Of a stretch of DNA of 64,000 nucleotides, positions 27,152 through 36,060 are shown in pieces; within the stretch, counting starts at the first letter, position 1; the number at the start of each line of letters is the position of its first letter. Where the stretch lies: contig OZ004611.1 in the NCBI GenBank assembly GCA_963924565.1, positions 25,110,001 to 25,174,000 of the forward strand. The letters run 5' to 3'. The notes below the pieces were generated by a model. The model saw only the letters and a list, made by a program, of their open reading frames with translations, was not told the DNA's origin and made no database searches. The position numbers were made by a program, and so were the translations under genes. The stretch comes from Ascidiella aspersa (taxonomy: Eukaryota).

Positions 27152-28441
27152 CTAGGACTTCTTCATGACGAGACAGAGAGGTTGATCGCTGATCGCGTGA
27201 TTGACAGCCGGAGGTGTAGGAGCCGAAGCAAGGGAGGAACAACTGGACTGAGAGGTCCTCCTGGTTCTTGCAGTGAGCTCCAAGGGCATCATGTCCGGGC
27301 TGAGAGGTTGCGGAGTCGGGGTCCTCTTCCTTGGTGGCGGAGGACCGCTCATGGAAGGAGAAGGAGTCTCCCTAGATTGATGGGCTTTAGGAGGAAGCAT
27401 GTTGGGCTTTTTAATCGGAGGTTGGTACTCGGAGGAGTTTCCAAGGTCAGGTATCGGAAGAGGATAAGCTCGCGAGCTCCAGGGACTCTTGGTTCCGGCA
27501 GGAGGAGTCACGACCGGAAAGGAAGGGGAACTCTTCTCCCTGGAAGTCGACCTAGCGCGCGGAGGTTGCTGCGGAAGAGCGGAGGTGGAGGAAGATGGAC
27601 GGAGTTTCTTTTGACTCGCGGCGATCCGAGCTTGCATCTTGGAAGTGAGCTGTCCGTCCTTGAGCTGCGAATACAGCATCGCGGTGGCCTGGTCGTTCCT
27701 TCCTAAGCGCAACTGCTGCTCCTGGTGAATGCTAGGACGCCCTTGCCGCTGCGGATGCGGTTGCGCGGCAGCGGAGTGGCGCGGTTTGGAGAGCAGCATC
27801 CTCTGTGCAGCCGCGGCAGAAGAAGATGCGGCAACCTGCTGTTGCTGCTGCTGCTGCTGGGGATGCGGTCCGTGCTTCAACGACTTAACGAGCGCTTTCG
27901 TTCGTTCGATCGTCGTCTGGTAAGGGTCGTGGATCGTGTTGCCTCGTGGCTTCTGCATTTGCGGCTGCTGCAGTAGAGCGTTGCTGAGGCGCGCGTTAAG
28001 CTCGCTGGAAGGCGGCGGACCGTCGATCTGCGGCCTTTGGTTTATCATGGCGCGCAGTCTATCGGTGGAGAGGGCGTCCAGGGACCGCCTGTGGTGATTG
28101 GCTCCGTGGGCCGGGGCTATGTTCCTTTCGATTCTGCTAAAGCTGTTGTTGCCGGGTTGGTTAGGACGCGCCTGGAAGCTTCCCGAGGTTGGGAGCATCT
28201 TGGAGGGAGCTCTGACGAATGGCTTCACGGAAGTTTGCACCGCGGCTTGATGTCTCTGCTGTAGGGCCTGATGTTGTTGTTGTTGTTGTTGTTGATTTCG
28301 CTGCTGCTGTTGCTTTTGCTGCTGTTGCTGTTGATGGTGTTGCTGTAGTTTTTGCTGATGTCGTTGTTGTGAGGTGAGCTGACGTTGTTGTTGTTGCTTC
28401 TGAAGCTGTAGCTTGTGCTGCTGCTGTTGTAGCTGCTGCAG

Positions 28442-28475
<34 letters not shown>

Positions 28476-30277
28476 GTTGTTTTTGTGTTATTCTGCATCT
28501 GTGCGCGTCCGTTTACGTGTTGATAGCTGGAAGTGTACACAGACTCCAAGTTGGTCTGCGGCCTTCGCACGTTTCCGTTGCTCTCCGTACGGGATTTAAA
28601 CCCAGAACCCTCGGGTTTGAACCTAGGTGACGGGGCGTTGTGCGGGCGTTTGTTGGGAGACGAAAGGGGTCCTTGTTTAAGCGACGGGGCCGGCGTGACA
28701 GAAGTGGCAGCACCTTGCACCTGAGGGTTATTCGCGTTACCCATCGGATAGGTGGACTTGTCGTTCTGGAAGATGTTCCGGGTCGGCACTCCGTGTCGCA
28801 GCTGAGGAATTCCGTCGCTGCCTGTCATAACAAGCGGTGAGAAGTTACTGGAACTACTGCTGGTGCTGCTACTGGTCGGGGCTTTCGGAAGAATTGGTCT
28901 CTTGTGAGCAATCTTTCGATCCGGCTGCAGCTTAACGCTTCCCATTGAGTGACGCGCGGCTTCAAAAGCAGCCCTGTGCGCCGCCTCGTTGCTCAGCATA
29001 CTCAGCTTCTGGTTCAGGACAGAGTGGTTGTTGCTACTGGCGCTTGTCAGTTTCGGCCCGTTGGAACGGGCAACCGACTGAGGCACGCGCTGGCTGGTGC
29101 TGACGCTGGCCAGAAACTCGGTCGTTTTCTGCTGAGCAACGGCCGGCTTCAAAGTGGCGTCTTGAGGGTGGTTAGTTCCGGGAGCGCGCAGAAGAATAAA
29201 CTGACCAGACCTTCCCTGAGTGTTGTTGCCACTCGGGCGTTCTTGCGCGAGTGAAGCTTGCGGTAAGCGTGCGCCTATTGGGGTGTGTCCGTTGTTGGGA
29301 TGGGACACCGGTTCTTTGTTGAAAATCTGTTGAGAAGTAGTTCGTTGAGCGGGGGCGCCGTTTTGGCCACCGGCTTGCAGGCGTTGGTGATACGCGCTGT
29401 CTTGTTTATTGGCGGTGTGGTGCATGGGGTTGGTCGGTTTTCTACGGTTCTGGCGCGGCTGCGGGCTGGGCGTCTGTTTCACTTCGACGTTGCTGGGCAA
29501 GGTTTGGCGGACGAACGGCAGCAAATTGACGGCGTCGTCCAGTTTGACTTGAGCGCGCGGCGCCTGCGGAGTCACTTCTGGCACTTCGACCGGGGTGGGC
29601 GGTTTAACTCGGACGGCCTCGTCCACTGAGATGTTCAGCATTGCGTAGCTCTGAACGTGCTGCTTGCTCGGCGCTTTGCTGCCGCTCGAATTAGTTTCGT
29701 TCAGTGGCTTTGGAGCAATCGGCGAGACACGTTTGGGCTGGAGCGACTTAATGGCTTCACCGTTTGCTTCTTTTTCGGTTGTTGAAACGACTGGATTTTT
29801 GCCTTCTAAAGTGCGATTTTCATCCGGTTTCACTTCGGCCGGCTTTTGCGCGACTGCGTTTAATTTCGGCGCTTCGCTCTCGTTTGTCTTTGGTTTTTCG
29901 ACGGTGGTGAGCTGCACCATTCCCAGCAGCTCGATCTTGGCGTGATCTTCGCGATTCTTCACCGCCTCGGCGTTGTCCATGATGGCAGGTTCGCGGCGCG
30001 ACGGCAAACTGCTCGGAATCGGTTTTCGCGGCATCAGTTTCGGTAGCGGCTTAGGGGATTTCTTGGGTACTTTCTGGCTGGCGAAAAAGGCTTTGAGGTT
30101 CGGCATGGCCGACGACTCCATTTTGCGCTTCTTAGGGGCGTCTTTTTTCGCTTTGGCGTCCTTCGATTGGTTGCCGTTGCTGTTGTTGACGCCCACGTTG
30201 TCCCAGGTTATCGGCGAGAGTTTTCGTTTGAGCGATTTCGGTACGAAGAGGCCGTACTTCAGCTCCAACGTTTGGCT
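27152..30277 (-). CDS. BMI1: PCGF2/4 terminal coding exon 6: end of RAWUL (LELKY), NLS-like KRK/KKRK, ~1030-aa disordered Psc-like C-terminal region
   Basis: Acceptor TTTTTTCGCAG|AGC; 3126-nt open frame to TAG; markedly more GC-rich than its flanks; P/S/Q/N/K/R-rich. Confidence 0.9.
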
Positions 30278-33200
30278 CTGCGAAAAAACAAACGTTAATA
30301 ATGAAAAAAAGACAAACAAGTGTTCAACAACTGTGATTTTCAACAACTGTGAAGCAAGACAGGCTAGAAAAAGTGTATGACCGGAGGTTGTGAGTTCGCA
30401 CCTCACCGCAGGCTATACTTGCTTTTCTAGCCTGCCCGGCTTACATCATTGATCGACAGATTCGGTGAGTCTGCGATGGCTTGGTGTACAAACGTCAACA
30501 ACTGATGTTTTACTGAAGGTGACGATTTAAGTTCGTGGTTATTTAAAGTTAGCGACGATTTTTTTTATTTGTTTTCCACTTAAAATACATCTTATGTTTA
30601 AGGAAGATTAGCTATGCCGAAAAGGAAATTCTGAATCCGATAAACGGTTGAACTTACTAAGATAAAAGGCAAAATGATCGGTTTCCACACGTACACACAA
30701 AATTATTTAATAAACTAACCATTTTTAAAACCGGTGATAATATATTATTTGAAATAGCTAATTAACAAAATCATTCAATAGGTATATAAATAATTTTCTT
30801 TTAAAAATTGACCCTTTTTCTCCATAAACGCCTGAACTTACCACAGAACATGGAAAAATGTCCAAAATATCACCCAGGGTGTACTTGGGCGGAATAATGA
30901 CTTCGCCGCAAAATATCAGAACCTGAAACGATTAACAGAACGTTAGTAAACACATAAGAAAAATTGTATTTGGTGTGTACGACAAAAAGAGAAATAAGCG
31001 GTCTCGCGCGAAACCGAAATTTAAGAGCATTTTAACGAAAATTGTTTTAACGGTAAACTTGTTTACCCGGCCAATAGTTATGTCGCTTTTTGTGAAATTA
31101 TGTAGAATTCTGGTCTCTGGACTATATAACCTGTAGTTATGATTCTATTCTTATAAATTGGCGGGCCTGATTTTATGACTCTATTGTTTCTACGTTTAAT
31201 ACAGAAAGGACCTTTAGGCGGTATTGCTTCTACGCCACGTCATTCACGTGGAAATAAGTGACTTTACATATTACTCTTAATGGACGATGTTCCATCCTTC
31301 CAACAACAAAAATGCACCTAGAATTCCCGAAGAGGCCTTTTTGACGTTTCCAAAAATCTATATAATTTTGCTATGATTTGGTCCTGTGGTCTCACGCTAA
31401 AAGGGGACTTCTAGGTTGTTTTTATTATAACAAAAAAAGGAGAAATCGAGTTGTATTCACAAAGCAATCACCTGACAACCAATACATGAACGCTATCACT
31501 CTAAACCAGTGGTGATTAAACTTTTTCCTTGGTGCACCCCTTTAAAATAATCAAACAATTCTCGCACTTATAGAATTGCTTACATTACAAAACCATTGTA
31601 ATTTTCCATACAAGTAACTGATAACACAGTAACACAATACCAAAATGTGAGTTAGTTTTACAATAAACTGAGCAAAGAAATAATATACGGTAATATATTT
31701 TCAGTGTCTGATTCAGCACCCCCGCACTCCCTTGGAACAGTTGTCGCACCCCCTGGTTAAGAAACTCTGCTTTAAGCAAAGGGTTTTCCGGTAATTTTAA
31801 CGTTAGGATTAACATGCCGACCCTCTATTACCTCGACTTCTTCCGTTTCTTTAAACTTGAGCCGAATCAGCTTCTGGATGTGTTCGACTGTTACGTCATA
31901 GGCGCAGCGGAGGTATCGCTTGGAGCCTTCTTTTTCCAATTCCCGCCACTCGCTGCCCGCATCCGATTTTCGGTTTCGCCTGTGACGTCGACAATGAATC
32001 GGATAATTGGGCGATTTTTACGCGACAAAAGAGAAATTATTATTGAACTGCTTCACGCATTTTGCGCTTTTTGGAAACCATGGCGCGAAAATGTACCAGG
32101 ATGACAACAAGCATAAATAATTCAAAAGCAATTCGACTGGGATATTCGACGTGCGTTTTTTAAATCTATATATTTTGCGTTTAAGAACTAATCTTCCGAA
32201 ACAAACAACAAAACTGGAATCATTGTCCAGCAATTTAAGTTATATGTCGGTGTGGCACATAAAGGAATAACTTAAAACTCAACCAGACAGTTCAGTTTCG
32301 CACGAGTTTTATCTTTTTAAGTGTCCAAGTATGAAAAAAGGTGTTTTTTGTAGTCATTAAATTTTGGTTTTCGCTAATCTAAAATGCACAAATCGTGTAA
32401 TGGCCGATATTTGCCTGTTTTAAACAGTGAGAATTACGTGTAAAGATCATTCATGTTTCGTATAACAATTTACCTGGCTTTTGTGGCTAGGATAAACAGG
32501 CCAATCTAAGATTTCCTAGCACTTTTTTACCTTTTAAATGGTTCTATCGACAGGCAAAGTTTCCTTGCGATTTTCCTCGGGTTGGCCAAGTTTTCATCAG
32601 CCTCGCCAAGGTCTTCCGGCGTTAATCCCTTTAAAACTGCAAAAAAGGTTGAGAATAAATCACGGGCCCCTTCATTTAAATCCCGAGTCCAACTCCGGCT
32701 AAATGTGCAATTTCGTCGAGTCCAGAGTCAGGCTCCTATTCTACAGCCTGTATTTCACCCATTTGCCTAAATAAAATAAGGTAATTACTTGTAGGGGTGT
32801 CCTTCAATTCATCCACCAACACTACATATGTGGAAAATATTCCGCCATTTGCTATTCCAGTTTTACAATTTACAGTTTTCGGCCTCATTAGTTTCGAACC
32901 GTGGCGATGCGCATGCGCACGTCGGACTCAGGACTCGGATAGTTTTACGTAGTCCTACTCCCGAGTCCCGAGTCCCCATTCCGACAGCAAAACAACCGAC
33001 CCCGTCGAGTCCAGCGTCCTGAGTCCGCCTAAAACTCCGAAGACCTGGTTTTAGGACACCCCGTTAAGTAGGGCTCCTGTAAATTGGTGTAAGCCCGAGT
33101 CCGTCTAAAACTCAGAAGCCCTGGTTTTGGGACACCCCTTTCTAAGTAGGGCCCCGGTAATTTGTTGTAAGAGTTTTATCTCACCGTCTTGCTTGACCAT

Positions 33201-34019
33201 TTGGTGTTCGCTCCAGAACTTTCTCCGTCGCTGCATTTCGCCTTGACGAAGTCCAGGCACCAACTTATAGACGATCTCCTGCAGCGACTGGTCACTTCGT
33301 ATGTTGAGCAGGGGGCGAGTCTTGTGGACCTGGACTCTGCAAACCGGGCACGACTTGTGGTCGGTCAGGTAGCGGACGATGCACGTGCGGCAGACTGCAA
33401 AAGACATGGAGAAACGCAGTGTTACTGTTGTTTTTAAACTGTGCTACACGCCTATCACTTAAGTCGTTATACTTTTTGAGCCGACGCGCTAACTGCTTTT
33501 ATGGGATTACGAAAATTTATGCAAATATTTTTGTGGTTGTTTAAATGTATATTGCTTTTTGTTCAGTCTAGCGCTGCAGATTTGCTTAATTGCTTGAGAG
33601 AATTGGTTTCTTGCCAATAGGTGGTACGCGACAAAAAAGGCTAAAAAAAACTATTTTAACTTATTTTTTTAATTTTCGGTCGTAAACCGGGGGAATATTG
33701 TTGGCAGGCCTTTAGTATTTTTATCCTCCTGGAGGGCTTTTATTTAGATACCCCCCTCTACAACATGTTTGGTTAATGAAGCATGACAATCTGAGAAACG
33801 AGGTACAGTATAAACCGCCTAACTGCTCTATTGCGTAGGCAAAACGTACATTCCACGCAAAACGGCATTAAATTTCAAATTCAAATTTCGATCGCATTGC
33901 AACTTACATGAGTGTAAGCATTCTATGATGGTGGTGGCATCGACAAAATAACCGTCACAAAGGGAACAGGTCACGTGAGCGTTCATCTCACGAACAGGGA
34001 GGTTAACTTCTTGGTCCAT
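27152..34019 (-). CDS. BMI1: Polycomb group RING finger protein, PCGF2/PCGF4 (BMI1/MEL18/Psc-like); spliced CDS of 6 exons, 1260 aa
   Basis: Spliced translation: [86 protein letters not shown] (C3HC4 RING collinear with BMI1 residues 1-86). Then [50 protein letters not shown] (RAWUL), then a long low-complexity tail. Exon lengths 112+210+106+148+81+3126=3783; intron phases 1,1,2,0,0 are consistent. PCGF2 versus PCGF4 cannot be resolved; likely a pro-ortholog. Confidence 0.93.
28255..28474 (-). repeat. CAA/CAG trinucleotide tract encoding a polyglutamine-rich segment
   Basis: Runs of (TTG)n/(CTG)n on the + strand, including a pure run of about 11 CAA codons at ~28442-28474. A second short polyQ lies at ~27836-27859. 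Confidence 0.95.
30350..30494 (+). mobile_element. tRNA-derived element, truncated copy with inverted 5' piece, in PCGF intron 5
   Basis: 30375-30490 matches 15683-15800; 30352-30373 is the reverse complement of the element's internal segment; flanked by TCAACAACTG direct repeats. Confidence 0.72.
30842..30922 (-). CDS. BMI1: PCGF2/4 coding exon 5 (RAWUL)
   Basis: Acceptor TTTCAG|, 81 nt, encodes [27 protein letters not shown] (cf. BMI1 YTLMDI); donor GTG|GTAAGT. Confidence 0.87.
31507..31769 (+). mobile_element. hAT MITE inside PCGF intron 4
   Basis: CAGTGGTGATTAAAC...GGTTAAGAAACTCTG, GCACCCC repeats, TSD CTCTAAAC/CTTTAAGC (6/8 match). Confidence 0.7.
31832..31979 (-). CDS. BMI1: PCGF2/4 coding exon 4 (RAWUL)
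   Basis: Acceptor CACAG|G; encodes [49 protein letters not shown] (KRYLRC signature); donor GAG|GTAATA. Not in the ORF track. Confidence 0.88.
32531..32636 (-). CDS. BMI1: PCGF2/4 coding exon 3 (linker and RAWUL start)
   Basis: Acceptor TTTTTTGCAG; encodes [35 protein letters not shown], resembling BMI1 EDRGEVADED..ISLSIEFF; donor AG|GTAAAA. Not in the ORF track. Confidence 0.88.
32792..33170. mobile_element. MITE-like element in PCGF intron 2 with duplicated right end
   Basis: TAGGGGTGTCC (32792) is inverted against GGACACCCC (~33053 and ~33130); GAGTCC/GGACTC repeats; ~76-bp tandem duplication at 33021-33170. Confidence 0.6.
33185..33394 (-). CDS. BMI1: PCGF2/4 coding exon 2 (RING C-half and helix)
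   Basis: Acceptor TTTTGCAG|TC; encodes [40 protein letters not shown]; donor G|GTGAGA. Confidence 0.93.
33908..34019 (-). CDS. BMI1: PCGF2/4 coding exon 1 (RING N-half: CxxC, CxH)
   Basis: ATG at 34019 in AAAAAATG context; translates to ...ECLHS; donor T|GTAAGT after 33908. Confidence 0.93.
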
Positions 34020-34080
34020 TTTTTCTTTTTTTAATTAGCGGGTACCGCACATAACTTTTTTTTCAAAAAACCTGAAAACA
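34020..34080 (-). other. 5' UTR part of exon 1 with an upstream splice acceptor (cis to an unseen non-coding exon, or SL trans-splice site)
   Basis: Minus-strand TGTTTTCAG|GTTTT at 34072/34071, 52 nt upstream of the ATG. Confidence 0.55.
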
Positions 34081-35329
34081 TTCTGATTTTTAATCACAGT
34101 AAAAAAGAATACAATCCGGACAACGAATAACTTTACTGGGTCGCAATAAACCTTGGGTACTTTCCAGATTCTATAAATTTTATTAAAAATATCTATTTTA
34201 GGAGGATAGTCCTTTTTTCATAAGCTCTCCGCGCTTTGTGGTTCCACTCGTTAACGTTTTACGACACGTCAACACAAAAAAGGTCTAAGAATCGAGCTAA
34301 TAAATTTTAACCACCTATTTAAAATATTATATCATCGCGGCCTCCTAGAAAAACCCCAGTCTAAACTATATTTTGTATTTCTTTTAGTTATATAGGAACT
34401 CTTTCGTTGTTTTGGCTAGGTTGCTCTTTTATACGGAATTGGCCTGGAAAAAATTGTTTGACGTGTGCTTTTAGGTAGCGTTGCTGGGCTGACGGAAATG
34501 TCACGCTATTGCAAATTTCGTAGGTTGGTGTAAGAATTCCCTGGCGATTTATTTCATAAAGCGTGTCAAAACAAGAAAAACGGCCATGTTCTGGGTTTAG
34601 AGAAACCCTTTAGCTTTAGTTCGATTGGTAATACCGTGCAGTTTTTAAATAAATAACTTGTTCCAAAAACTAATTGTTTAGCAAATTAAGAATTCACGTT
34701 ATTGTGGCTAAAAAAACTTGGTATTGCTATAAAGGTAAAAATGCGGTTTTAAAACATTCATAAAAAGTCTAAATAAGGTAACGCGTTATTAGTTTAACAG
34801 GCAACCGACTACAATGAGAACTGTAAAAACTGTAAATTCAGTTGTCCCGTGAAATCAACACCCCCGCTTCGATTTCAACAGCAATCGCAAAGTAATTCAG
34901 AACCCGTAATCTCGTTGCCAATGCAATAAGCGTTAATTGCCTTTCCACGGGGCATCTAGAGGGTGACTAAGCTGTTAACACGTGATGGTCAGTCGGTAAC
35001 AGAACATGCAACACGCAGTCTTGTATCTCAAATCAAGGGATGACTCACTATTGATTTGACAAGGCTGTGACACAAATACTCTTAACCGGTTATAAAAAAA
35101 CTGGCCAATTGTCTCGCCACAAAAGTCATTGTCCAGGTGTTTACAGTGCAATATATCAGGCGAGATATTTGGTAATAGTAAAACACGTACTGGGTAACTA
35201 ATTTGCAAATAAAAAAGTAAAGTGTATGTAGAAATGACAAATACTGCTTCTCTTCCACAACTAAAATGCGTAGAAAGCGCGTAACCCATACGCCTCCACA
35301 CGAGCTAACGAGTCTACACCTAGCTTAAC

Positions 35330-36060
35330 ATGCTAGCGTGGATATTGCCTTTTTCCTTTCCGCCCTAGAAGCGTCGGGTAAACAGGCAAAACCTGGCACA
35401 ATTTAACGAAGACCTGCGTTACATTTGGCGGGCGGCAGAAAAACGAATTTGAATTCTACACGAAAAAGCCTAACCTTTTTTCCTGCCCAACAGAAACGCG
35501 CACCAGCTAGTAACACAATATGTTTTCGACGAACGGCGACAACAGCACACAACGGCGCAGTTTCTACTTGTGACATATGCGCCATGACAAATAGCTGACA
35601 CACCACTGTTCTGTTTGAATAACGAAAACCAACTGCAAAGCACTTTGAACATGAGGCCTCGATAACTTCCTAGATTGGGCTGTGCAAAAACTGCTGCGCC
35701 TTTTTCTAAGTATGTCAAGGCCCGAAAGCGTGCAAGAGAAACATTCGAAAGCGACAAGGCAACCAACTGGGCCCCAATACGCACGACTACTGAAGGTGAC
35801 TTAAGTATTTCTGCACTAGACTAAGCTGGCATCGTGTTTTGCGAACCAAACGGAAAGGCGAGAGATTTTTCCGATGCTGTTCAGGAGAAGGCAAGAGAAT
35901 AAAACGGGCGCGGAGGGAAAAAGGAGGTGCATCATTACAGTCTGTGACGAAACAATCGTTGCGTTCTTTCAATGGCTGTTCTGTCATCTCTTTTCACTCC
36001 CGATCTAAAGCGTTAGCCTGCCAGTTCACCTCGCGGCTACCCAGTTTTAATGCCTTCAAG
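35330..36060 (-). promoter_or_regulatory. CpG/GC-enriched island 1.3-2 kb upstream of the PCGF ATG; probable promoter or first non-coding exon
   Basis: Locally elevated GC and CpG, CCAAT motifs, candidate minus-strand donor AAAAG|GTTAGG near 35474. Confidence 0.45.

Noticed and set aside
27182-30380. Many + strand and alternative-frame ORFs (poly-Leu, poly-Cys) over exon 6
   Set aside because: Shadows of a GC-rich, repeat-rich coding exon; no independent homology.
30278-30406. First 43 aa of the 1084-aa ORF (hydrophobic, signal-peptide-like)
   Set aside because: Starts at GTG inside a tRNA-derived repeat and reads through the polypyrimidine tract of intron 5; the real exon starts at 30277.
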